From Octopus vulgaris (Eukaryota): a DNA stretch of 64,000 bases. Shown in pieces: positions 1-11,190 of this stretch. Each line of letters begins with the position of its first letter. Within the stretch, counting starts at the first letter, position 1. Where the stretch lies: positions 56,544,001 to 56,608,000 of the forward strand of contig OX597818.1 in the NCBI GenBank assembly GCA_951406725.2. Reading direction: 5' to 3'. Position numbers and translations under genes: made by a program. The notes below the pieces were generated by a model that saw only the letters and a program-made list of their open reading frames with translations, was not told the origin of the DNA and did not search any database.

Positions 1-238
1 AACTCTTCCTTCCATGTATATTAATTTCATTCCTAAGTCTCTGATTTTAGGTCAAGGCTTCCCCCCCCCAACCTTTTCCTAGTCTATCTTTCTCCTCCCA
101 GCTTTCATTTTAAAGTTTCGGCTGACTACTTCTACACACACTTGCGTAGGTGTGTGTGTGTATTTGTGTAAATGTATAAAAGGCATATCATAAGTAAATG
201 CTTTTGACATTATTTTAAGATATTTTTATAAAAGTTAA

Positions 239-470
239 GGCGGCGAGCTGTCAGAAACGTTAGCACGCAGGGCGAAATGCGTAGCCGTATTTCGTCTGTC
301 GTTACGTTCTGAGTTCAAATTCCGCCGAGGTCGACTTTGCTTTTCATCCTTTCGGGGTCGATAAATAAAGTACCAGTTGTGCACTGGGGTTGATGTAATC
401 GACTTAATCCGTTTGTCTGTCTTTGTTTGTCCTCTCTGTGTTTAGCCCCTTGTGTGTAGTAAAGAAATAG
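239..470 (+). mobile_element. tRNA-derived SINE, family B (Meta-SINE-like central domain)
   Basis: Head ggcggcgagctggcagaaacgttagcacg, B-box gagttcaaattcc, core gcctttcatcctttcggggtcgataaa..agtaccag. Recurs more than 10 times in the window. Domain name recalled, not searched. Confidence 0.8.
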
Positions 471-704
471 AAAAATATAAGATTTTTTATAAAATTAAAT
501 TACTAGGAGGGTCCATAGGTTAAAAAAAAGGTTGAGAAATACTAAAGGAGACCACGTTAGACGGTGTTGTTCGATCTGCTAGAAATAGCAGCTAAATCCC
601 CTTTATGCCACACCATATTATTTTATAAAACTTATTGAAATAAGCAGAACTTAGTGTAATGTAGTTATGTCAGCCTAGGTAGGGTATTAATTTAAAATAG
701 ATAT

Positions 705-1061
705 AGGCGTGGCTGTGTGATAAAAAGCTTGCTTCCCAACCACATGGTTCCGAGTTCAGTCCCACTGCATGGCATCTTGGGCGAGCTGGCAGAAACGTTA
801 GCACGCCGGGCGAAATGCCTAGCGGTATTTCGCCTGCCATTACGTTCTGAGTTCAAATTCCGCCGAGGTCGACTTTGCCTTTCATCCTTTCGGGGTCGAT
901 TAAATAAAGTACCAGTTAATCACTGGGGTCGATGTAATCGACTTAATCCGTTTGTCTGTCCTTGTTTGTCCCCTCTGTGTGTAGCACCAAGTGGGCAATA
1001 AAGAAATAAATTAAAAGTTTCTTCTACTATAGCCTCGAGCCGACCAAAGCCTTGTGAGTAG

Positions 1062-1062
<1 letters not shown>
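705..1062 (+). mobile_element. SINE family A 5' part interrupted by a family B SINE (about 781-1008)
   Basis: Family A head (ggctgtgtg...ggttccgagttcagtcccactgc) breaks at ~780 and resumes at ~1017 (tcttctactatagcc). Confidence 0.75.
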
Positions 1063-1321
<259 letters not shown>

Positions 1322-1530
1322 TTTTCATTTTTCTTACATCTCAACTGTTTTTTTTTCATCTGCAGGTATTGTTTGCTGTTTTCAAAAGACAGAAACTTCA
1401 GTTACTGATCTTAGAAAATTGGATAGATACACTTGTGCAAAGAAAGCAACTTTGATTCTTTGGGATTTTGCCAACTATACTCAAGTGACCAACATTTAAA
1501 AGAAGGAGCAATTACATTTGGGTTCCAACA

Positions 1531-1801
1531 ATGGCTTCTTGTCTTCTTGTCACCGTAATTCTCTGTGTCCTGATAACCACTGTGACAATAATAGTTTCTT
1601 TCACCACACCTAGTTGGGTTCTTTATCCAACTTTCAGTGATTCAAATATACTTTCTCCAAAGGAAAGTGTATGTCCTTGCACCACAGTGTTCCAAAGTTG
1701 TGATTGTGGATTATGGCTTTACTGCAGAGAATCGTCTTCACTCTCGGACAATTGCCAATGGTTTTTGAGCAATGAGTTTGCTCTGGAGAAACAACTCCCA
1801 G
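1531..1801 (+). CDS. First coding exon of a claudin/PMP22/EMP-superfamily tetraspan membrane protein (partial; exon 1366-1801, phase-1 intron follows)
   Basis: Hydrophobic TM1 (LLVTVILCVLITTVTIIVSF) followed by W...GLWLYC...C, the W-GLW-C-C signature of the first extracellular loop. Good start context (acaATGG), pyrimidine-rich acceptor tttttttcatctgcag ending at 1365, and donor CCAG|GTAAGT at 1801/1802. No convincing next coding exon found in the window. Confidence 0.85.
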
Positions 1802-1899
1802 GTAAGTTGTCCTTTATATCTACTCTAAATTGAATTTAACTCTTTTCATACCAACCAACCCTTATGTGGTACAAATTTTCCTGTTTTAACTTTTAGCAT

Positions 1900-2681
1900 T
1901 TAACCCTTTTGTTACCAACCCGGCTGAAAGCGGCTCTGGCTCTTTTGTACAAATGTCTTGTTTTCATAAGTTTTGGATTCAAATCTTCCACCAAATCTTA
2001 GTCACAATTTATGTTCCTAACACTAGCTGAATAATTAAATTATTTTACTAAATTCCTTGTTATATTTAAAATTAATAGAAAGAAACACAGAGCATCTCAA
2101 CAGAAATATGGTAACAAAAGGGTTAAAATATATAACAGAGAAATAATTCTTAACCCTTTTGTTACCAACCCAGCTGAAACCGGCTCTGGCTCTGTAGTAC
2201 AAATGTCTTGTTTTCAAAAGTTCTGAATTAAAATCTTCCACCAAACCTTAATCACAATTTATGTCATAATTTTTAGCTTAACGATGACTAAGTTATTTTA
2301 CTTAATTCTTTGTTGGCACGTAAAAAGCACCATCCGTTCGTGGCCGTTGCCAGCCCCGCCTGGCCCCCGTGCCGGTGGCACATAAAAAGCACCATCCGAT
2401 CGTGGCCGTTTGCCAGCCTCGTCTGGCACCTGTGCTGGAGACATGTAAAAAGCACCTACTACACTCATGGAGTGGTTGGCGTGAGGAAGGGCATCCAGCC
2501 GTAGAAACATTTTGGCAGATCAGACTGGGCCTGGTGCAGCCTTCTGGCTTCCCAGACCCCAGTTGAGCCGTCCAACCCATGCTAGCATGGAAAGCGGACG
2601 CTAAACGATGATGATGATGATTTAAATTAATTGAAAGAAACACAGAGCATCTCAAAGTAAATACAGTAACGAAAGGGTTAA
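1900..2681 (+). mobile_element. Dimer of a piggyBac-type MITE (1900-2126 and 2150-2681); second unit interrupted by an RTE 3' tail (about 2313-2620)
   Basis: Each unit has TTAA-CCCTTT...AAAGGG-TTAA termini. Same family at 21660-21887, 45945-46172 and 63446-63675. Confidence 0.8.
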
Positions 2682-3079
2682 ATTCCTGTCAAATGTGATG
2701 TTTGATTATTCACGTTGGATTTGAATTAGTTTTGCCTTACTTTTGTAGCTTTGAGATTTCAGTGATGTGGTCGCTTATTTTCAGAATAATGTAGAGTAAG
2801 TGTGAGAGGCCAGATAGGGCCAGTTTGAAGATAAAACTGGTAGATTATTTTTGCTGGCTATGGCTGGTTTAATGATAAAGGGTTAGAGCATTCAAATTTC
2901 TTCGTTATTTGGAATTAATCATACATTATCTTATAGCTTCAGGATATTCAATGGTGTGTTTGTGTATTTATTGGATGACATTGTAGGGTAGGTGTGAGAG
3001 ATTGGATCGGGTCAATTTTAACATAATTGGAGTAGACCATTTGGGTTGGATATCACTGGATTAAATGCTAAAAGGTTAA
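2681..3079 (+). mobile_element. Second TTAA MITE family, two degenerate tandem copies
   Basis: Shared body gacattgtagggtaggtgtgagagg and terminus aatgctaaagggttaa. Also at ~19644-19820, 21338-21562, 28810-29100 and 37859-38084. Confidence 0.7.
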
Positions 3080-3259
3080 ACCTTCTGTTTTATGTTTTCA
3101 TGTTAATTTATGTTTCAGACACCAGCTTAATAATGATTAAGATAATTTGCTAGTTTCTTTCATTATTTTCAAAATTAATCAATCCAAAACTTAATGCATT
3201 TCAACAGAAAAATGGTAACAAAATGGTTAAACACACAAATGTTTTCAACTGGTTGCTTC

Positions 3260-3260
<1 letters not shown>

Positions 3261-3322
<62 letters not shown>
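3261..3322. repeat. (TTA)n microsatellite
   Basis: About 20 perfect trinucleotide units. Confidence 0.95.
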
Positions 3323-3323
<1 letters not shown>

Positions 3324-3624
3324 AGAGTATAGTATTAAAGACTGGCAGAACTGTTAAAAAAATGTCGGTTATGGTTAATTATTTAATTGTTTATTTTATT
3401 TTTCTTTATTTAATGAGCGTGTGTGGAATCTTTACCTTAACTTCTTACGGTTTTATGACCTAACATAATTTATTCATGTATAATACAAACAAACCACTTG
3501 TTATGAACAAAGAAATACTTAAAATATTCTCTGTATAAATATTATTTACTGATTCTTTTTCATATTATAATGTATGGAAAAAGAAATGTTTAGTGAGGTT
3601 TATTATAATTGCTATATAAAATGC

Positions 3625-4139
3625 GTGGAGGCGCAATGGCCTAGTGGTTAGGGCAGCGGACTCGCGGTTGCAGGATCGCGATTTCGATTCCCAAACCGGG
3701 CGTTGTGAGTGTTTATTGAGCGAAAACACCTAAAAGCTCCACGAGGCTCCGGCAGGGGATGGTGATCCCTGGTGTACTCTTTCACCACAACTTTCTCTCA
3801 CTCTTACTTCCTTTTTCTGTTGTACCTGTATTTCAAGGGGCCGGCCTTGTCACTCTCTGTGTCACGCTGAATATCCCTGAGAACTACGTTAAGGGTGCAC
3901 GTGTCTGTGGAGTGCTCAGCCACTTGCACGTTAATTTCACGAGCAGGATGTTCCGTTGATTCGGATCAACCGGAACCCTCATCGTCGTAACTGACGGAGT
4001 GCTTCCATCATCCATCTTCTGTCGGCTTGCTCGCTTAGCCAGCGGGGTGGCGTCATTCGAAGGCTAAAACAATGCGAACGCATTGTGACCAGCGATATGT
4101 AACAACATCTGATGGTCTGGTCGGACACATGATCACGTG
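3625..4139 (+). mobile_element. tRNA-derived SINE, family C (possibly the tRNA-Arg-like OR type), composite copy
   Basis: A-box tggcctagtggtt, B-box-like gatttcgattcc, and an 11-bp target-site duplication atataaaatgc (3614-3624 and 4140-4150). Confidence 0.8.
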
Positions 4140-4829
4140 ATATAAAATGCATTGAAAAAGTTCGCAATTTCTTTAAACCAAGAGCAATTTTTGAAATAAC
4201 CTTTGAAGGACTTTACTGATGTATCTCGTAAAAGTATACCTTGTGTAAAACTTTCTTTTGTTCAGAACATTAATTTGATTTTGAAAATGATGGTGTATTT
4301 GAATGATGGTTTATACACCCGTTACTCTTCGGCTTGTACCATGAGGGGCACATGGCTGTGTTATTACTGGAGAATACCGATAGGGCACAGAAAGTGTGCC
4401 TATAGCCAGCTGGAGGAGATGTTCTCCTGGGACTACAAGCTACAGTAACACCCACCCTTAGTGGTTAGCCAGTATTTATTATTTAAGTGTATTGTTTAAA
4501 ACTCAACCTTTTTTTAATTGTACAAAGATAAGTGGATTGTTTAAAAAAAGCATTTTTAAAAATTCTGGTCAGAGAATACCTTGTGGTATTTAGCACTTTG
4601 TTTCTGAGTTAAAATCCCATTGAAGTCAACTATATTTTTCATTCCTCTGAATTAACAAAGTGAATACTGGTTGAGTCGTGAGGGTGATGAAATCACTGTC
4701 ACCTGATATGTCACCTGCATGTGGTGGTCTGGTCAATTGGCTGTTCAGTAATGGGCAGTTACTAAATGAAGCACACCTGTGTAGGCCTACAGACACCGCA
4801 TCACAAACTATACGAAACATAATCACATA

Positions 4830-5174
4830 AGAAAACCATCCGAACGTGGCTGTAGCCAGTACCGCATCGACTGGCCTCTGTGCTGTGGGCATAACAAACA
4901 CCATCCGATCGTGGCCGTTCGCCAGCCTCGTCTGGCACCTGTGTCGGTGGCACATAAAAAACACCATCCGAGCGTGGCCGTCTGCCAGCCTTGTCTGGCA
5001 CCTGTGTCGGTGGCACATAAAATCACCCACTACACTCTCGGAGTGGTTGGCGTTAGGAAGGACATCCAGCTGTAGAAACACTGCCAGATCTGACTGGCCT
5101 GGTGCAGCCTTCGGGCTTGCCAGACCCCAGTTGGACCGTCCAACCCATGCTAGCATGGAAAGCGGACGTTAAAC

Positions 5175-5205
<31 letters not shown>
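4830..5205 (+). mobile_element. RTE-type LINE 3' UTR fragment with ~62-bp internal repeats and (GAT)n tail
   Basis: ggcgttaggaagg.catccagc...ccaacccatgctagcatggaaagcggacgttaaac(gat)n. Same family at 2313-2620, 12782-13010, 32828-33070, 54840-55552 and 57698-58600. Confidence 0.7.
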
Positions 5206-5207
<2 letters not shown>

Positions 5208-5440
5208 TCACCTATTTACATTTTGTTGTATGAAAAAAAGAAAAGGCTGAGTGTGTGCAGGTATGTATGTATATATGTTAGTGTGTATGTACACACACAC
5301 ACTAGCATACATACATCATCATTTAATGTCCGTATTCCATGCTAGCATGGGTTGGACGGTTCGACCAGAGTCTGGGAAGCCAGGAGGCTGCACCAGGCTC
5401 CAGTCTGATCTGGTAGTGTAGTGGGTGCTTTTTACGTGCC

Positions 5441-5895
5441 ACTCATCGTAGACGCGCGCTAATACCCAGAAGGGCTCGATATGAATCACAACTATAAGTG
5501 AACCCGGTAAAAAACAAAATTTATGCCGATAGGCGAAGGAGTGGCTGTGTGGTAAGTAGCTTGCTTATGAACCGCATGGTTCCGGGTTCAGTCCCACTGC
5601 GTGGCATCTTGGGCAAGTGTCTTCTACTATAGCCTTGGGCCGACCAAAGCCTTGTGAGTGGATTTGGTAGACGGAAAATGAAAGAAGCCCGTCGTATATA
5701 TGTATATTTATATATATGTGTGTGTGCGTGTATGTTTGTGTGTCTGTGTTTGTCCCCCTAGCATTGCTTGACAACCGATGCTGGTGTGTTTACGTCCCCG
5801 TCACTTTTGGTTAAACTGCACCGCAAAATGTGGGAGTAGTTAGGAATCTAAATCGTAGGAGACAGACACACAACTTCACTTTTATATATAAAGAT
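5441..5895 (-). mobile_element. 5' part of a non-autonomous Helitron, split by a family A SINE fragment (about 5507-5803)
   Basis: Reverse complement matches 27936-28091 on both sides of the SINE fragment. Confidence 0.75.
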
Positions 5896-6916
5896 GTTTA
5901 TATTTGCCTTTTACAAATAGGGTTGGCTACAGCTGTATTCAGTAGTGCAGTGTAGCTCTGAATGGGCAGGTTTTAATCGTAAGTCTACTTGATCATGGCT
6001 AACCTGAGGCTAAACAACAGCTGCTACCATTATCCTCACCACCCTGGAGCAAACAACATGAATTTCACTAAGTAAACACAAATGTCCACACCCACACACT
6101 ACATTGTCAGACATTATGAAACATTTGTTACAGATATTACCCTCGCGACATACCAGGCTTGACCTAATTAGTATTGAAGAAATGAAAGGGCTGTAGTTGG
6201 GGACCTGTTTAAAAATAGGGGTGGTGGGTTTGGATTACGTATGTGCTGAGAAAAATAATGAATTGTCTCTGATTTAGATTATTGTTGTTGTGCAGCTCAA
6301 GGCAGCAGGTCTTTCATTAAAAAACAGTTTAGATATAATCCTACTAACTACTTGATCATGCATCATGTATCTGGGATTAGTGTATCTAATGTGTCCTTTC
6401 TTTAATTTGAGAGATTTGACTGCTATTTCTAGCAAGTCATGCAACCCACACTAGCCTGTAGGACCTACAATATGAAAGAGAGGAAAGATATTCTCTAAGG
6501 TTCCGTGTGTTGGCTAAAGGGTTAAAGTGCTTTAAATTAAAACCTCCCTAAAGCACCCAGAACACTATATAAAGTGGTTCAGAAGAGCATCCAGCTATAG
6601 AAACAATGCTATGACAGACAGACAAACAGAGCTTGGTGTAGTTTCCTGACTTGCTGGAAAACAAGTCCCTTAACCCCTTGGGGGTCGTTGGGGCGCTGCA
6701 GCTAGCCATGCAGCGTATCTCGGGTGAGAGCCTGGCAGAGGACCATCTCTCTCCACACTAAACTCATTTCTGAAGCTGAGTGGACTGGGACAACGTGAAA
6801 TGAAGTGTTTTGCTCAAGATTACAATGCATCGTCCGGTACAGGGATTGAAACCACAACCTTATGGTTGTGAATCCAACCTCGCTAGTGAATTTCGTAGAT
6901 AGAAACTAAAAAATGA

Positions 6917-7318
6917 AGGCGGTGAGCTGGCAGAAACGTTAGCATGTCGGGCGAAATGCTTAGCGGTATTTCGTCTGCCGTTACGTTCTGAGTTCAAATT
7001 CTGCCGAGGTCGACTTTGCCTTTCATCCTTTCCGGGTCAATATAATTAAGTACAAGTTACGCACTGGGGTCGATATAATCGACTTAATCCGTTTGCCTGT
7101 CCTTGTTTGTCCTCTCTGTGGGTAGTAGCCCCTTGTGGGTAGTAAAGAAATAGGTATTTCGACTGTCTTTATGTTCTGAGTTCCAATTCCACCGAGGTCA
7201 ACTTTGCCTTTCATCCTTTCAGTCACGCACTGGGGTCGATGTAATCGCCTTAATCCCTTTGTCTGCCCTTGTTTGTCCCCTCTATGTTTAGCCCCTTGTG
7301 GGCAATAAAGAAATAAGA
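6917..7318 (+). mobile_element. Family B SINE dimer
   Basis: Full head, then a second unit restarting at aaagaaata|ggtatttcg. Confidence 0.8.
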
Positions 7319-8098
7319 ATATTTGCCTCAATGAATTTTGGACGATCAATGCAAGCCTGGAAAAGTGAGGATTCAAACAACGACTGTCTAGTTTAAAGGA
7401 AATTTAACTGCTGTTTCTAACATTTTCTATAGGTCTCCATTTTTCAGTCATTCCCTTGTTTATGTGTTTTGTTCCCCCCTACCTCCCCAATCTGATATCT
7501 AGCAATTCTGTGTACTCGGCTTCAAGTTACGAAACCTGGCTTGACATTCTCCATATAAATACTGAACTCTGAATATGTTATCATTGTCAGAATACTTCGC
7601 TTTGATATGTTCCCTTTCTCCAACATCCTCCTTGCGATGGTGTTGATTTTTCAGTTACACACTGATTTTTTTTACACCGTATGATAGTCTGAATATACTT
7701 AATATACACAGCTAGTAGTACTAAATGTGTGTGTGTGTGTGTGTGCTGGTTAAAGATCATGGAAGTGGAGACAATTTGATATGAAGAAGCTGTTAGGCAG
7801 ATCTCAGCAGCTTTGATAAGAATTCTTGGTTTCTGCTCTGTATGACTCCAAGTTTTCTCTCCTCAGTGTGTTTATCTGGTGTATAATATGGCAAAAATAG
7901 AAAATAGTTGGGCTTTTAAAGATAACTGCGAATGGTTATCTCAACCTGATAACAACTGGTTGAACTAAAAATATTTAGAAAAATAAAAAAAATAATAATC
8001 TGTGACATGTTAAGGATTTTATGCAAGATCTTGGGTAAGATTTACAGAATTTTGTAGGGAATTAATGTTGCTGGAGTAAAAAACAAAATTTATGCCGA

Positions 8099-8269
8099 TA
8101 GGCGAAGGAGTGGCTGTGTGGTAAGTAGCTTGCTTTTGAACCGCATGATTCCTGGTTCAGTCCTACTGCGTGGCACCTTGGGCAAGTGTCTTCTACTATA
8201 ATCTTGGGCCGTCCAAAGCCTTGTGAGTGGATTTGGTAGACGGAAACTGAAAGAAGCTCGTCGTATGTA

Positions 8270-8320
<51 letters not shown>

Positions 8321-8523
8321 ATGTTTGTGTGTCTGTGTTTGTCCCCCTAACATCGCTTGACAACCGATGCTGGTGTGTTTATGTCCCCGTAACTTAGCAG
8401 TTCAGCAAAAGATACAGAATAAGTACTAGGCTTACAATAGAATAAGTCCTGGGGTCGATCTGCTCGACTAAAGGCGGTGCTCCAGCATGGCTGCAGTCAA
8501 ATGACAGAAACAAGTAAAAGAGT
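8099..8523 (+). mobile_element. tRNA-derived SINE family A, full length
   Basis: A-box-like tggctgtgtggtaa, B-box-like ggttcagtcc, CORE-like ccttgggcaagtg, internal (TA/TG)n tract, 3' end cagtcaaatgactgaaacaagtaaaagag. About 25 copies in the window. Confidence 0.85.
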
Positions 8524-8713
8524 ATAGCTGAGTGCAAATATTGTGATGTAGATTCAGATTTGGTTTCATTAATTTAGACAAGTTTGTATACTTAAAATTA
8601 AATTGATATTCCAAGCTTCCAACTGAAAAAAATTATGGGGATTTTGATTACTCTTTGTCAAATTCAGTTAATTTAGTATTTTTAAACAGAACTTTAAACT
8701 TTGTCAAATCCAG

Positions 8714-9112
8714 TTACTCTTTTACTTGTTTCAGTCATTTGACTGCGGCCATGCTGGAGCACCGCCTTTAGTCGAGCAACTCGACCCCGGAACTTATTCT
8801 TTGTAAGCCCAGTACTTATTCTATCGGTCTCTTTTGCCGAACCGCTAAGTAACGGGGACATAAACACACCAGCATCGGTTGTCAAGCAATGCTAGGGGGA
8901 CAAACACAGACACACACATACACATATATACATATATATATATATATACGACGGGCTTCTTTCAGTTTCCGTGTACCAAATCCACTCACAGGCTTTGGTC
9001 GGCCCGAGGCTATAGTAGAAGACACTTGCCCAAGGTGCCACGCAGTGGGACTGAACCCGGAACCATGTGGTTGGTAAACAAGCTACTTAACACACAGCCA
9101 CTCCTGCGCCTA
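8714..9112 (-). mobile_element. SINE family A, full length, inserted in the edge of the minisatellite
   Basis: Reverse complement of the family A consensus, with minisatellite units on both sides. Confidence 0.85.
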
Positions 9113-11190
9113 TAACATTTTTAACATTTTTTAAAGAGAACTTTAAATTTTGTCAAATCCAGTTAATTTAGTATTTTTAAAGAGAACTTTAAATTTTGTC
9201 AAATCCAGTTAATTTAACATTTTTTAAAGAGGAACTTTAAATTTTGTCAAATCCAGTTAATTTAGTATTTTTAAAGAGAACTTTAAATTTTGTCAAATCC
9301 AGTTAATTTAGTATTTTTAAAGAGAACTTTAAATTTTGTCAAATCCAGTTAATTTAGTATTTTTAAAGAGAACTTTAAATTTTGTCAAATCCAGTTAATT
9401 TAGTATTTTTAAAGAGAACTTTAAATTCTGTCAAATCCAGTTAATTTAGTATTTTTAAAGAGAACTTTAAATTTTGTCAAATCCAGTTAATTTAGTATTT
9501 TTAAAGAGAACTTTAAATTTTGTCAAATCCAGTTAATTTAACATTTTTTAAAGAGGAACTTTAAATTTTGTCAAATCCAGTTAATTTAGTATTTTTAAAG
9601 AGAACTTTAAATTTTGTCAAATCCAGTTAATTTAGTATTTTTAAAGAGAACTTTAAATTTTGTCAAATCCAGTTAATTTAGTATTTTTAAAGAGAACTTT
9701 AAATTTTGTCAAATCCAGTTAATTTAGTATTTTTAAAGAGAACTTTAAATTCTGTCAAATCCAGTTAATTTAGTATTTTTAAAGAGAACTTTAAATTTTG
9801 TCAAATCCAGTTAATTTAGTATTTTTAAAGAGAACTTTAAATTTTGTCAAATCCAGTTAATTTAACATTTTTTAAAGAGGAACTTTAAATTTTGTCAAAT
9901 CCAGTTAATTTAGTATTTTTAAAGAGAACTTTAAATTTTGTCAAATCCAGTTAATTTAGTATTTTTAAAGAGAACTTTAAATTCTGTCAAATCCAGTTAA
10001 TTTAGTATTTTTAAAGAGAACTTTAAATTTTGTCAAATCCAGTTAATTTAGTATTTTTAAAGAGAACTTTAAATTTTGTCAAATCCAGTTAATTTAACAT
10101 TTTTTAAAGAGGAACTTTAAATTTTGTCAAATCCAGTTAATTTAGTATTTTTAAAGAGAACTTTAAATTTTGTCAAATCCAGTTAATTTAGTATTTTTAA
10201 AGAGAACTTTAAATTTTGTCAAATCCAGTTAATTTAGTATTTTTAAAGAGAACTTTAAATTTTGTCAAATCCAGTTAATTTAGTATTTTTAAAGAGAACT
10301 TTAAATTCTGTCAAATCCAGTTAATTTAGTATTTTTAAAGAGAACTTTAAATTTTGTCAAATCCAGTTAATTTAGTATTTTTAAAGAGAACTTTAAATTT
10401 TGTCAAATCCAGTTAATTTAACATTTTTTAAAGAGGAACTTTAAATTTTGTCAAATCCAGTTAATTTAGTATTTTTAAAGAGAACTTTAAATTTTGTCAA
10501 ATCCAGTTAATTTAGTATTTTTAAAGAGAACTTTAAATTTTGTCAAATCCAGTTAATTTAACATTTTTTAAAGAGGAACTTTAAATTTTGTCAAATCCAG
10601 TTAATTTAGTATTTTTAAAGAGAACTTTAAATTTTGTCAAATCCAGTTAATTTAGTATTTTTAAAGAGAACTTTAAATTTTGTCAAATCCAGTTAATTTA
10701 GTATTTTTAAAGAGAACTTTAAATTCTGTCAAATCCAGTTAATTTAGTATTTTTAAAGAGAACTTTAAATTTTGTCAAATCCAGTTAATTTAGTATTTTT
10801 AAAGAGAACTTTAAATTTTGTCAAATCCAGTTAATTTAACATTTTTTAAAGAGGAACTTTAAATTTTGTCAAATCCAGTTAATTTAGTATTTTTAAAGAG
10901 AACTTTAAATTTTGTCAAATCCAGTTAATTTAGTATTTTTAAAGAGAACTTTAAATTTTGTCAAATCCAGTTAATTTAGTATTTTTAAAGAGAACTTTAA
11001 ATTTTGTCAAATCCAGTTAATTTAGTATTTTTAAAGAGAACTTTAAATTCTGTCAAATCCAGTTAATTTAGTATTTTTAAAGAGAACTTTAAATTTTGTC
11101 AAATCCAGTTAATTTAGTATTTTTAAAGAGAACTTAAATTTTGTCAAATCCAGTTAATTTAACATTTTTTAAAGAGGAACTTTAAAACTG
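9113..11190. repeat. 46-bp AT-rich minisatellite (about 45 units) with higher-order structure
   Basis: Unit tttagtatttttaaagagaactttaaattttgtcaaatccagttaa, with a periodic 48-bp variant. Degenerate units also at 8655-8715. Confidence 0.95.

Noticed and set aside
3625-3700. tRNA genes at SINE heads
   Set aside because: A/B boxes are present, but they run into SINE bodies with TSDs and lack a complete cloverleaf.
9113-11190. Possible CRISPR array
   Set aside because: Contiguous tandem units without spacers.
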